Positions 9,162 through 19,024 are shown, counted from the stretch's first letter. The stretch: 64,000 nucleotides of DNA from Dehalococcoidia bacterium (GCA_965243255.1 CBDEUH010000004.1:766979-830978), one strand, 5' to 3'. Numbers and translations are program-made. The notes: generated by a model not told the origin, from the sequence alone.

Positions 9162-9521
9162 ATGACCACGCCGGAGTACCAAGTTCACAGCGAGCGCTTT
9201 CTCGCTCAAGCCAGGACTGAACTGGCCACTGGGGACTTGCAGCAGGCCTCGGAGAAAGGATGGGGCGCCGTCGCGCAAATGCTTAAAGCCGTTGCTGAGA
9301 AACGTGGCTGGGAACACAACCGCCACCGGCACCTTTCCCGCATCGCCAGCCGTTTGCGCTCCGAGATTGGGGACCGGGACATCGTTCGCCTTTTCGCTAC
9401 CGCGAGCCTACTGCACGAGAACTTCTACGAGAACGAGTTGTCCGCCGATGACGTCGCTGAGGGTCTGGATGACGTGGAGTCGCTAGTTGGCAAGGTAGCG
9501 CCTCTGCTGGAAACAACATGA
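9162..9521 (+). CDS. PaREP1-like (HEPN-related) helical protein
   Basis: C-terminal 119 codons of track ORF 9027..9521. GGAG lies 6 nt before the ATG at 9162. The pattern FLAQARTELATGDLQQASEKGWGAVAQMLKAVAEKRGWEHNRHRHL...LLHENFYE matches my memory of the PaREP1 family. Its stop overlaps the mutase start (ATGA at 9518). Confidence 0.55.
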   Translation: MTTPEYQVHSERFLAQARTELATGDLQQASEKGWGAVAQMLKAVAEKRGWEHNRHRHLSRIASRLRSEIGDRDIVRLFATASLLHENFYENELSADDVAEGLDDVESLVGKVAPLLETT

Positions 9522-11146
9522 CCAAGAATCACGACGAGTACCGCACGCTTTCGGGGATACCTGTTGAGGGGCTTTATTCGGCGGAGGGGCTGGAGACTGG
9601 CGGGTTTGATGCGGGGCGGGATTTGGGGGCTCCGGGGGAGTTTCCCTTTACGCGGGGGGCTTATCCCAATATGTACCGGGGGCGGCTTTGGACGCGGCGG
9701 CAGATTGCCGGGTTCGGAACGGCGGCGGCGACCAACGAGCGGTACCGGTTCCTGCTGGCGCACGGGCAGACCGGGTTGAGCACGGACTTTGACCATCCGA
9801 CGCTGACCGGGTATGACTCGGACCACGAGCTGGCCGAGGGCGAGGTGGGTCGCCTGGGTGTCGCTATCGATAGCGCCGCCGACATGGGCGAGCTGTTTGA
9901 CGGCATCCCGCTGGAACAGGCCAGCGTGTCGCTGACCATCAACCATCCGGCCATCGTGCTGCTGGCGATGTTTCTGCACACCGCCGAGAAGCGGGGGACG
10001 CCCTGGCCGTCGCTGCGCGGCACGGTGCAGAACGACTCGCTGAAGGAGTTTCACGGGCAGAAGACCTTTGCGCTGCCGCCGGGGCCGGCGCTGAAACTGA
10101 CGACGGACGTGGTGGAGTTCTGCACGGAGCGGGTGCCGAACTGGTACACCATATCCATCAGCGGGTACCACACGCGGGAGGCGGGGTCGGACGCGGTGCA
10201 GGAGCTGGCGTTCACCATCGCGCAGGGGATGGCCTACGTGGAGTCGGCGATGCGGCGGGGGCTACCGGTGGACGCCTTTGCGTCGCGGCTGTCGCACTTC
10301 TTCGGGGTGCACAACGACTTCTTCGAGGAAATCGCCAAGTTTCGGGCGGCGCGTCGGATGTGGGCGCGGCTGATGCGGGAACGCTACGGAGCGACGCGCC
10401 CGGAGTCGATGCGGATGCGGTTCCACACGCAGACGTTAGGCTCGACGCTGGTGCGGCAGGACCCGCTGAACAACATCCTGCGGGGCGGATTGCAGGCGTT
10501 GGCCGCCGTGCTGGGCGGCACGCAGTCGCTGCACGTGAGCGGGTACGACGAGGCTTACGACATACCGTCGGAAGAGGCAATGAGGATTTCGCTGGCGACG
10601 CAGATGATACTGGCGCATGAGTCGGGAGTGGCGGCGACGCCGGATCCGCTGGGCGGGTCGGCGTACCTGGAGACGCTGACGAACAAGCTGGAAGAGGCGG
10701 CGATGGGCTACATCGAGCGCATCGACGGGATGGGCAACGGGAGCATGCTGGACGGGATGCTGGAGGCCGTGGGCAGCGGGTACATCGAGAGCGAAATCGC
10801 GCAGGCGTCGTACTGCTACCAGCAGCGGGTGGAGAGCGGCGAGTACACGATTGTAGGGGTCAATGACGAATATCGGGACGAAGCGGCATCGGCCGGGTCG
10901 TTGGAGCTGTTTGAGTTTGACCAGGCGGAGGAGGACCGGCAGATTGAGCGTCTGGTCGCCGTGCGTCGGGGTCGGAGCGAGGCGGATGCGTCGGCGGCGT
11001 TGCGCGGAGTGGTCAAGACGGCGCGGGCCGAGGGCAACCTGATGCCGGCGATACTGGAGGCGGTGGCCGCCGGCGTTACGGAGGGTGAGATAATGGGGGC
11101 GCTGCGGGATGAATGGGGTGAATACGTTGACCCTGGGGTGTTTTAG
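9518..11146 (+). CDS. methylmalonyl-CoA mutase-family large (substrate-binding) subunit
   Basis: Track ORF. Motifs [44 protein letters not shown]. Confidence 0.9.
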   Translation: MTKNHDEYRTLSGIPVEGLYSAEGLETGGFDAGRDLGAPGEFPFTRGAYPNMYRGRLWTRRQIAGFGTAAATNERYRFLLAHGQTGLSTDFDHPTLTGYDSDHELAEGEVGRLGVAIDSAADMGELFDGIPLEQASVSLTINHPAIVLLAMFLHTAEKRGTPWPSLRGTVQNDSLKEFHGQKTFALPPGPALKLTTDVVEFCTERVPNWYTISISGYHTREAGSDAVQELAFTIAQGMAYVESAMRRGLPVDAFASRLSHFFGVHNDFFEEIAKFRAARRMWARLMRERYGATRPESMRMRFHTQTLGSTLVRQDPLNNILRGGLQALAAVLGGTQSLHVSGYDEAYDIPSEEAMRISLATQMILAHESGVAATPDPLGGSAYLETLTNKLEEAAMGYIERIDGMGNGSMLDGMLEAVGSGYIESEIAQASYCYQQRVESGEYTIVGVNDEYRDEAASAGSLELFEFDQAEEDRQIERLVAVRRGRSEADASAALRGVVKTARAEGNLMPAILEAVAAGVTEGEIMGALRDEWGEYVDPGVF

Positions 11147-11163
11147 ACGGTGGCTGCGGAATC

Positions 11164-11601
11164 ATGACTACGGCTGTTGAATCGGGTAGGCTCAATCCGC
11201 CGCGGGTGTTGTTGGCCAAGCTGGGGCTGGACGGGCACGACCGGGGGGTGAAGGTGATCGCGCGGGCGCTGCGGGACGCAGGGATGGAGGTGGTGTACCT
11301 GGGGATGCGGGTTAGTGCCGACCAGGTGGCGGCGGCGGCGGCGCAAGAGGACGTGGACGTGGTTGGCATCAGCATCCTGTCGGGGGCGCATATGCGGTTG
11401 ATGCCCAGGATGGTGGATGCGTTGGAGAGGCACGGGCTGAGGGGCGGTGACGACGGAGATAGCGTGATATTGCTGGTGGGTGGGACGATACCCGACGGCG
11501 ATGTCGAATCACTGCGAGAGATGGGGGTGGACGGCGTGTTTCCGGTAGGTACGTTCACGAGCGAGATGGTGGAGTTCATTCGGTCGGGCGTGGTCAAGTG
11601 A
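11164..11601 (+). CDS. cobalamin-binding small subunit of acyl-CoA mutase
   Basis: Track ORF. B12-binding DxHxxG motif (LGLDGHDRG) and Rossmann-like order. Confidence 0.9.
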   Translation: MTTAVESGRLNPPRVLLAKLGLDGHDRGVKVIARALRDAGMEVVYLGMRVSADQVAAAAAQEDVDVVGISILSGAHMRLMPRMVDALERHGLRGGDDGDSVILLVGGTIPDGDVESLREMGVDGVFPVGTFTSEMVEFIRSGVVK

Positions 11602-11639
11602 ATTTACATGGATGAACGGGATTGACGGGATCTAAAATT

Positions 11640-13040
11640 ATGGATTGGCCGCCGAAATACGATCTGGCGTATGTTCCGCATCCGGACGCCGAGCATTGGG
11701 ATGCGCGGCTGGAGACGATGGCGCCGGAGGAGCGGGACGGGGTTATCCTGGAAAAGTTGCGGGGGCAGGTTCGGTATGCGTGGGAGCGCAGCGGGTTTTA
11801 CCGGGAGTTCTGGCGGGACGCGCCTGTTGACCCGGCCAACCTGAGCAGCCTGGAGGAGTTTGCCCAGCTGCCGATCCTGACCAAGGAGGAGGTGCGGGTA
11901 GAGCAGGAAGCGCACCCGCCTTACGGTCGGTTTTTGTGCGTTGAGCCGAGCGAGGTGTACCGGATACACGGGACGTCGGGGACGACGGGCAGGCCGACGG
12001 TTTTCGGCATCAGCAGGGGCGACTGGGAGCGTATTGGCGAGGCCCATGGGCGTATTTTATGGGCGGCGGGTGTACGACCGGGCGACACGGTGATGGTCGC
12101 GGCGGTGTTCAGTCTGTACGTAGGGAGCTGGGGAGCGCTGGTGGGCGCGGAACGGCTGGGAGCGACGTGCTTTCCCTTCGGGGCCGGCGCGCCGGGGCAG
12201 ACGGAGCGGGCCGTGGAATGGGCGCAGATGGTCAAGCCGGCGGCGCTGTACGCCACGCCGTCTTATGCGCTGTACCTGGCGGAAACGGCGCAGGAGATGG
12301 GGGTTGACCCACGGACGGATTTGGCCTTCCGCTTGATGTTTTTCAGCGGGGAGCCGGGGGCCAGCGTGCCGGCGACGCGGCAGGCCATCGAGGACGCTTT
12401 TGGTTGCTATGTGGTGGACCAGGGCAGCATGGCGGAGATGACGCCGTGGATGACCAACGGGGGCTGCCGGCATCTGCAACGGGGGATGCACCTGTGGCAG
12501 GACATTGTCTATACGCAGTTGGTACATCCTGACACTGGCGAAGCCGTGCCCATGGGCGGCGAAGGCGTGCCGGTCTATACGCACCTAGAGCGGGAATCGC
12601 AGCCGATGATACGGTACTGGTCGGGGGACATTGCGCGGTGGGAGATGCTGGACTGCACTTGCTGTCGGACGTATCCGACGCTGCCGCTGGGCATCTACGG
12701 GCGGGCGGACGATATGCTGATTATTCGGGGGCAGAACGTGTTTCCGTCGCGGGTCGAGGACGTGCTGCGGGGTATCGACGAGTTCGGCGGCGAGTTCCGG
12801 CTGGTGGTGGAACGGGAGCGTGGTTACCTGGACCGGCTGACGGTGCAGACGGAAGTGTCCGCACGCGTGTGGGCGTCGGCAGGCGAAGGCGGGCCGGAAG
12901 GGTTGGCGTCTCTGCGTAGCCAGGTGGGTGAGACGCTGCGGCGAGCGTTGGGCGTCGGCGTGTCGGTGGAGCTGAAGCCGGAAGGTGAGTTTGAGCGGAC
13001 GCAGTTCAAGACGCGGCGGGTGATTGACCTGCGGTCGTAA
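11640..13040 (+). CDS. phenylacetate-CoA ligase-like (PaaK / F390 synthetase family) adenylating enzyme
   Basis: Track ORF 11622..13040. I prefer the ATG at 11640 (MDWPPKYD...). AMP-binding core IHGTSGTTGRPT. C-terminal ACT-like domain as in PaaK. Confidence 0.8.
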   Translation: MDWPPKYDLAYVPHPDAEHWDARLETMAPEERDGVILEKLRGQVRYAWERSGFYREFWRDAPVDPANLSSLEEFAQLPILTKEEVRVEQEAHPPYGRFLCVEPSEVYRIHGTSGTTGRPTVFGISRGDWERIGEAHGRILWAAGVRPGDTVMVAAVFSLYVGSWGALVGAERLGATCFPFGAGAPGQTERAVEWAQMVKPAALYATPSYALYLAETAQEMGVDPRTDLAFRLMFFSGEPGASVPATRQAIEDAFGCYVVDQGSMAEMTPWMTNGGCRHLQRGMHLWQDIVYTQLVHPDTGEAVPMGGEGVPVYTHLERESQPMIRYWSGDIARWEMLDCTCCRTYPTLPLGIYGRADDMLIIRGQNVFPSRVEDVLRGIDEFGGEFRLVVERERGYLDRLTVQTEVSARVWASAGEGGPEGLASLRSQVGETLRRALGVGVSVELKPEGEFERTQFKTRRVIDLRS

Positions 13041-13071
13041 TTTACCGCCACGCATTAGATATACTAGGTGT

Positions 13072-13857
13072 ATGGACTGGCCGCCGCCTGACGATCTCAT
13101 ATACCGTCCGCCGAGCATACCGGGTCCCCGGGCGCGGGTTGGAGAAGTGTTGCCGGGGCTGCACCAGCGCGCGCTGGGAACGACCAGCGCGTTCATCGTA
13201 GTCACGCCCGATGATGAAAGCGGGGAGGCATCGGTTGCGGTGATTGACGCCGGCTGGCGGCACTTTCACAAGCGCCCGGTGCTGAATTACCTGCGCAGCA
13301 TCGGGTACGGGCCGGATGCAGTGGAACGGCTGATAGCAACTCACTGGCACCCGGACCACGTGGGCGGGATGCGCAGCCTGCAACAAACCACCGGCGCGGC
13401 GGTGGCGGCCCACCGGGTGGAAGCGCCTTACCTGAGTGGCGTGTCGGACGGGCCGATACCGAATCCAATCAACCCGTGGTGGCTGCGTCCGCTGCTGTGG
13501 CCGTTGTTCACGCCGCTGACTGCGCCGGCTTTCGCAGTAGCCACCGCGTTGGAGGACGGCGATACGCTGCCGTTGCTGGGCGGCGCCAGGGTGGTTCATA
13601 CGCCAGGGCATACGCCGGGGAGCATCAGCCTGCACTTTCCCAACGAGGGCGTGCTGCTGGTGGCGGATGCCGTGCAGCGGTATCACGACCGGCTGACATT
13701 GCCGTCGCGGTGGTTTTCCAGCGACATGGCGGCGGCGAGAGAGTCGGTGCGGAAGCTGGCGGAGCTGGATTTTGAGGTAATCTGTTTCAGTCACTTCCAG
13801 CCGATGCGGCAGGGAGCGCGGGCGGCGCTGCGGTCGTTGGCGGAGTTTGTGAGTTGA
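13072..13857 (+). CDS. MBL-fold metallo-hydrolase
   Basis: Track ORF 13024..13857. ATG at 13072 (MDWPPPDD...). HxHxDH motif THWHPDHVGG and later HTPGHTPG. Confidence 0.85.
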   Translation: MDWPPPDDLIYRPPSIPGPRARVGEVLPGLHQRALGTTSAFIVVTPDDESGEASVAVIDAGWRHFHKRPVLNYLRSIGYGPDAVERLIATHWHPDHVGGMRSLQQTTGAAVAAHRVEAPYLSGVSDGPIPNPINPWWLRPLLWPLFTPLTAPAFAVATALEDGDTLPLLGGARVVHTPGHTPGSISLHFPNEGVLLVADAVQRYHDRLTLPSRWFSSDMAAARESVRKLAELDFEVICFSHFQPMRQGARAALRSLAEFVS

Positions 13858-13892
13858 CTGATGGCGGAGTTTTTCGGCGGAATATAGCAGGC

Positions 13893-13921
13893 TTGACGAA
13901 GGGTTATGCCGAACTTAGCAT
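13893..13921 (+). promoter_or_regulatory. sigma70-like promoter of the low-GC islet (possibly leaderless transcript)
   Basis: TTGACG (13893..13898), 17-nt spacer, TAGCAT (13916..13921). The ATG at 13928 lies 7 nt after the -10, so the mRNA may start at or next to the start codon. Confidence 0.35.
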
Positions 13922-13927
13922 ATTCGT

Positions 13928-14146
13928 ATGGAGCACGCCATGAGCGTAAAACCCGACGACCATCCTGAACTTACCGAGAGCCTGGTCGGCTACGTAATTC
14001 GTCCCAAGCGCATCGACTACTCACGGCTGGGAACCCTCCGATCAAAGATACCGCAAGGGGTCCCGCCTTTCGACATCGGCAAGTTCCGTGAAACTCTCTA
14101 TGGCCCAGCCTTACGTGGTCAATTCGACGAGGATATAGGGGGGTGA
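13928..14146 (+). CDS. hypothetical small protein (72 aa)
   Basis: Track ORF. The stop is 1 nt before the next ATG (TGAtATG). Lower-GC codon usage is shared with the next gene. No family recognised. Confidence 0.5.
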   Translation: MEHAMSVKPDDHPELTESLVGYVIRPKRIDYSRLGTLRSKIPQGVPPFDIGKFRETLYGPALRGQFDEDIGG

Positions 14147-14147
14147 T

Positions 14148-15065
14148 ATGGAGTTCGGAGAACTGAAAGACGTCGACTTGCGGACGGCATGGGCGGATGA
14201 AGCAGGCGACTTTACTCCCTGGTTAGCCGACAATTTAGAACGGCTTTCGCGAGTGATTGGGGTTCCACTGGAAGCCGAAGGTAAGGAGGTGCCGGTCGAG
14301 GGGTTCAAGGCAGACATTCTGGCCCGCAATCCCATGGATGGCAGCCGGGTGCTGATCGAGAATCAACTGGAAGGGACAGATCATAAGCATTTGGGACAAA
14401 TTCTCACCTATCTTGCGGGCCTGGAAGCCGAAATAGTCGTCTGGGTAGCGCGGGAGTTTCATGGAGCGCATCTTTCCGCCGTTCGTTGGTTGAACGAACA
14501 TACTACGGATCCTTTCGCGTTTTTCGCCGTGCGAGTTCGAGCGGTGCGCATTGGCGACGATGCGACCTCGACAGTTGCTCCGCTGTTTGAGGTGCTGGAA
14601 CGGCCCAGTGGTTGGGAGCGCCGGGTACGGGCATCAGTGGAAGGGGCAAGCACGCTGAGTGAAAGCGGGCAGTTTCGGCGAGAATTTTGGCAACATTATG
14701 TTGGCCGTTATCCAGACGATGGCGTCCGCATTGGTTATGCCGGCAGCAACGTCTGGCATCCGATAATCGATACCAGCATCCTTCTGAGCCAATACGTCGC
14801 CGCATTTGGCGTCGGGGTATATTTGCGCAGCGGATGGAATGAGTCTAACGAGCAAGCCTTTCCAAGAATTGAAAGTTACGCAGAAGCTTTGAAAGAGGAA
14901 CTGGGGGTTGAACTTGGCACTGTCTCCGATGGTTGGTGGTCCCTCAAGACACTGAGGATCAATTCGAAAGACCGCGCCAATTGGCCTCAAATGGTCGATT
15001 GGCTGCACGAGAATTTGGTGGCGTATCGGCGAGTTCTCACAGTTAATGGGGAGCATAGGAACTAA
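14148..15065 (+). CDS. PD-(D/E)xK nuclease-like N-domain plus DUF4268-like C-domain protein
   Basis: Track ORF. The signature ADILARNPMDGSRVLIENQLEGTDHKHLGQILTYLAG matches the ENQL..TDH.HLGQ..TY.AG block I associate with NucS-like/DUF4268 proteins. Confidence 0.6.
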   Translation: MEFGELKDVDLRTAWADEAGDFTPWLADNLERLSRVIGVPLEAEGKEVPVEGFKADILARNPMDGSRVLIENQLEGTDHKHLGQILTYLAGLEAEIVVWVAREFHGAHLSAVRWLNEHTTDPFAFFAVRVRAVRIGDDATSTVAPLFEVLERPSGWERRVRASVEGASTLSESGQFRREFWQHYVGRYPDDGVRIGYAGSNVWHPIIDTSILLSQYVAAFGVGVYLRSGWNESNEQAFPRIESYAEALKEELGVELGTVSDGWWSLKTLRINSKDRANWPQMVDWLHENLVAYRRVLTVNGEHRN

Positions 15066-15107
15066 TTCGACTGGCCGGCAAACACGACACAGCAGGGATA
15101 AGAAACT

Positions 15108-16382
15108 ATGCCGAACAATGATGACGATGCTCTCACCGAGCGAGGGACTGGCCTACCCCTGCCGTTGACTGGGGTTAGGGTGCTTGATGCTACGCATATT
15201 GTGGCGGGGCCGTTTTGTTCGCAGATTCTGGCGGATATGGGGGCCGAGGTTATCAAGATTGAGCGGCCTCGTACCGGGGACTTGGCCCGGGGGCGGGAGC
15301 CTTTCATCGGGGATGATGATACTGGACGGGTGAGCAGCCGTTTTCTGGGGGTGAACCGCAACAAGAAGTCGGTTACGCTGGATTTGCGCAACGAGGTCTG
15401 CAAGGGAGCGTTTGAGAGGCTGGTGGCCAACTCGGACGTGCTGCTGGACAACTGGGGGCCGGGCGCCTTCCGGCGGCTGGGTTTGGGCTACGACCGGCTC
15501 AGCGAGATAAACCCCCGGTTGATTTACGCCGAGATCTCCGGCTATGGCGACGGCGAGGGGGCGCGTGGGCCGTATTCGGACTGGCCGGCCAACAACCTGG
15601 CGATACAGGCGATGTCGGGATGGATGGAAGTTACCGGCGAGCCGGGCGGGCGGCCCCAGGCGGTGGGCGACAACATCGGCGACTCCGTGCCGGGAGTCTG
15701 GACGGCGCTGGGCATCGTGCTGGCGCTGGAAACTCGGCGACAGACCGGGGTGGGACAGCACGTTGACGTGGCGATGTACGACTGCATGACGTCGCACCTG
15801 GTGAGCAACATGAACGCCTACCAGGCTACGGGGCATAACAGCGACTACACCCATGGACGCACCCGGCAGGCGTCGCTGGGGCCGGGGCTCGTCTTTGAGG
15901 CGGCGGATGGTTATGTAATCATGGCCGGAGTGCGCAGTCCGCAAAGGTTGGCCGCGATGTGGGATTTGATTGGCCGCAGCGATTTACCGGAGCAGGACGA
16001 ACGGTATTTGCAGCAGTTTCCGGACGCCGATTTTGTGTTTGAACGGGTGATACCGGCCATTGAAGAATGGTCGTCGCAGCGTCCCAAGTGGGAGGTGGCG
16101 GGCAAGCTGACGGAAATCGGGTTTTCCATGGGCGTTACGCAGAGCATATCCGACCTGGCGAACTGCCCGCAGCTGGCGGCGCGGGGAATGTACGTTGACA
16201 CCGACGACTCCATCGGCGGAACTTTCCGGTCGCTGGCGACGCCGATACGACTTACGGGGTGCGAGCCGTCCGCCGCCGGAACGCCGCCCACGCTGGGGCA
16301 GCACAACGCCGAGATTCTATGCACGCTGGGCGGGCTGACGGTGGAACAGTTGGCGGAATTGGAGGCGGAGGGAGCCGTTTGA
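15108..16382 (+). CDS. family III CoA-transferase (CaiB/BaiF type)
   Basis: Track ORF. GVRVLDATHIVAGPFCSQILADMGAEVIKIERP. Confidence 0.9.
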   Translation: MPNNDDDALTERGTGLPLPLTGVRVLDATHIVAGPFCSQILADMGAEVIKIERPRTGDLARGREPFIGDDDTGRVSSRFLGVNRNKKSVTLDLRNEVCKGAFERLVANSDVLLDNWGPGAFRRLGLGYDRLSEINPRLIYAEISGYGDGEGARGPYSDWPANNLAIQAMSGWMEVTGEPGGRPQAVGDNIGDSVPGVWTALGIVLALETRRQTGVGQHVDVAMYDCMTSHLVSNMNAYQATGHNSDYTHGRTRQASLGPGLVFEAADGYVIMAGVRSPQRLAAMWDLIGRSDLPEQDERYLQQFPDADFVFERVIPAIEEWSSQRPKWEVAGKLTEIGFSMGVTQSISDLANCPQLAARGMYVDTDDSIGGTFRSLATPIRLTGCEPSAAGTPPTLGQHNAEILCTLGGLTVEQLAELEAEGAV

Positions 16383-16413
16383 TTCGCACTATACGGGAGT
16401 TTCGGACACCTTT

Positions 16414-17448
16414 TTACAGGGGCAGGTACACGGCTTGGCCGGTCGTGGCGCTTCGGATGACTGCCTCGGTCCATTCCATGTAGTGTACGCCGGTTTCGAA
16501 GGCAACCATGTCCACGATTTCGGTACCGCGGATGGCGTTGGTGAACTGCTCTTCAACGCGGTAGCGGGCCTGGGTCTCCGGCGGGTTGGGCACTTCGGTC
16601 AGGTCGGAGTCTCCGCGTTTACCGGCCCAGACGCGGCGCTGGGAATCGACGTGAATGGTGCCTTCGGTGCCGAACATCCAGATCTGGCTGCCGCGATTGA
16701 GGCCTGAGGTGGCGCTCATCTGCATATGGACCTGGGCGCCATTGGCCAGCTCGTAGAGGATGTCGATGTGGTCGGGGATGGAGACAGAAGTGAGGTGACC
16801 GGTGTCGTCTCTGCGGTAGGGGACGTGGATTTTGGACATGGACATGACGCGGGTACCGCGGCCCAGCCAACGCATCATGGACTCGTAGGACGCGCCGATG
16901 TTGAGGGTGTTGTAGCCGCTGAGGGCGCGGTCGTGTCGCCAGTGCAGGGCGCCGTCGAAATCGGCGAAGTTGTTTTGGAGGGACGTGAAATCGACGGACA
17001 GCAGCTCGCCGAGGTATCCTTCGTTGATGAGCCGCTTGATGACGTTGTCGATGGTGTAGCTGGTGGAAGTCGGGGTGAGCTGGCAAACGAGGTGCGGGTG
17101 GGCGCGGGAGGCGCGCAACATATCGCGGGCTTCCTCGGCGTCGTTGGCCATGCGGGCCTCGGTGAGGACGTGCTTGCCGGCCTCCAGGGCGGCCAGGGTC
17201 ATGGCGCGGTGCATATAGGGCCAGGTGCCGATGCAGACGGCGTTGATTTCCTCGTCCTCGAGGATTTCCCGCCAGTGTCCGTACACCTTGGGGATGTTGA
17301 ACTGGTCAGCCACGACCCGGCCGGACTGGACGGTGCGGTTGGCGACGGCGACGATCTCGCAGTCGTCCACGCCCTGAAAGCCGGGAATGTGGCGGTTGCG
17401 GACGTTGCCGCCGGCGCCGATGAGGCCTACTCGGATCGGTTCAGACAT
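16414..17448 (-). CDS. Gfo/Idh/MocA-family NAD(P)-dependent oxidoreductase
   Basis: Track ORF 16414..17607, trimmed to the ATG at 17448 (MSEPIRVGLIGAGGNVRNRHIPGF) with GGGAGA upstream. Confidence 0.85.
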   Translation of the reverse strand: MSEPIRVGLIGAGGNVRNRHIPGFQGVDDCEIVAVANRTVQSGRVVADQFNIPKVYGHWREILEDEEINAVCIGTWPYMHRAMTLAALEAGKHVLTEARMANDAEEARDMLRASRAHPHLVCQLTPTSTSYTIDNVIKRLINEGYLGELLSVDFTSLQNNFADFDGALHWRHDRALSGYNTLNIGASYESMMRWLGRGTRVMSMSKIHVPYRRDDTGHLTSVSIPDHIDILYELANGAQVHMQMSATSGLNRGSQIWMFGTEGTIHVDSQRRVWAGKRGDSDLTEVPNPPETQARYRVEEQFTNAIRGTEIVDMVAFETGVHYMEWTEAVIRSATTGQAVYLPL

Positions 17449-17617
17449 GGCCATTCTCCCGGTTGTTGGGTAAGAGTCGTAAATGGTGGGCGATGGTAGA
17501 TTATAACGCTGCGGCGCGGGAGTCGGAACAGCGGCCGTCAATGTGGGGTACAATGCGCGGACAGCGGCTACCTTTGCCCACCATCCGGCTCGTTTCGAGC
17601 GCAGCAAGAATTACGAT

Positions 17618-19024
17618 ATGTCCACACCCCAGGAACCGCAACGCAGCTTCCTCGCCCAGAGGGCGCATCGGTTTCTGGCGGCACTGGTGTTTCGGGATTT
17701 CCGGTTCATGGCGTTTGCCACGCTGTGCAGCAGCAGCGGGGCATGGGCGCTGATCGTGGCGCGGGGCGCGTGGGTGTACGGCATCCCGGAGTTGCAGGGC
17801 ACGCAGGGGTTGTGGGTCGGGCTGATCACGTTCGCGGCCATGGCGCCGCGCTTTTTTACGACCCCGTTCATCGGCTACCTGGCCGACAAGATGACCCGCA
17901 AAACGCTGCTGCAACGGGTGTACGTGCTGCAAATCGCCCAGGCCTCCATCATGGCCATACTGGTCATGGCGGAGGTAAGCAATCCGTGGTACGTGGTCGC
18001 CCTGGCGGTGATCAACGGGACGTTGCGCACGGCGCAGATGACGGCGGCCCAGTCGCTGACACCAAACCTGGTGGACCGGGAGCGGCTGCCCAACGCGGTG
18101 GCGCTGAACCAGGCAATGCAGCAGGGATCGCGTGCCATCGGGCCGGCGATCCTGCTGGTGATTTCGGTGACGGTGGGCAGCAGCGGGCTATTCGGATCGG
18201 GCGGGCTGTCGTTCTCTCTGCAGGATCTGGTGGTGACGCTGGGGACCTCGGGCGTGGTGTTCTGGGCATGCGCGTCCTTCTACCTGGTGTCGCTGATATC
18301 CGCCCTGAACATCAGGACGGTATCAACGGGAGTGATCAACCGGCGCGCGGGGTTCTGGGCCAACGCCGCCGCCGGGTTCGTGTACGCATATACCACGCCG
18401 CTGATATTCGGCATCCTGCTGATGGCGGTGGCGCACTGCGTATTGGTGATGTCCTTCGAGTCGATGCTGCCGCCGCTGGCGTTGGAGAAGCTGTCTCCGG
18501 ACGGCGTTACCTTCAACGCCAACGACGTTTATGCGTTGATGGCGGCGCTGGGGGTTGGCGCGCTGTTTTCGTCGATATTCGTTGGGGGCATCATCAACCA
18601 CATGACGCGGGGCAAGGTGTTTTTGCTGCTGGGGTTCACCAGCAGCCTGACGCCCATGGGGATGGGGCTGTCATCGCAAACGGGGATTTCGGTGATTGCG
18701 GCGGTGCTGATGGGGCTGGGCACATCGGGGTTTATGACCATCACCCATACGATTATCCAGACGGTGGCGCCGGACGAGATACGGGGCCGGGTTTCATCGG
18801 CGTACTCCATGCACATCGGAGGGAGCATGGCGTTTGCGAACCTGCTGTACGGGCGGCTGGCGGACTTCTGGTCGGCGGGGAACGTGATGGCGGTGGCGGG
18901 AGCGGCGTTCACGCTAGTGGTGGTGGGCACGGTGGTCGGCAGCGGGTTCTGGCGGGACATCTATTTCCGGGGCACGGCGCGGCCGGTGGCGGCGGCAGGC
19001 GCTGCGGGTGGAGACGGGCAGTGA
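17618..19024 (+). CDS. MFS transporter
   Basis: Track ORF 17543..19024, trimmed to the ATG at 17618. About 12 hydrophobic segments. MFS loop-like motif YLADKMTRK after TM2. Confidence 0.8.
   Translation: MSTPQEPQRSFLAQRAHRFLAALVFRDFRFMAFATLCSSSGAWALIVARGAWVYGIPELQGTQGLWVGLITFAAMAPRFFTTPFIGYLADKMTRKTLLQRVYVLQIAQASIMAILVMAEVSNPWYVVALAVINGTLRTAQMTAAQSLTPNLVDRERLPNAVALNQAMQQGSRAIGPAILLVISVTVGSSGLFGSGGLSFSLQDLVVTLGTSGVVFWACASFYLVSLISALNIRTVSTGVINRRAGFWANAAAGFVYAYTTPLIFGILLMAVAHCVLVMSFESMLPPLALEKLSPDGVTFNANDVYALMAALGVGALFSSIFVGGIINHMTRGKVFLLLGFTSSLTPMGMGLSSQTGISVIAAVLMGLGTSGFMTITHTIIQTVAPDEIRGRVSSAYSMHIGGSMAFANLLYGRLADFWSAGNVMAVAGAAFTLVVVGTVVGSGFWRDIYFRGTARPVAAAGAAGGDGQ

Noticed and set aside
9425-10171. 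248-aa minus-strand ORF, and similar ORFs over the mutase, ligase and MBL genes (11076..11597, 12057..12584, 12585..13205, 13042..13794)
   Set aside because: All are antisense to genes with strong family motifs, and their composition is Arg/Pro-rich.
13858-15107. Low-GC islet considered as an integrated mobile element or prophage remnant
   Set aside because: No integrase, transposase, flanking tRNA, or direct or inverted terminal repeats are visible. It is reported only as a compositionally atypical two-gene insertion.
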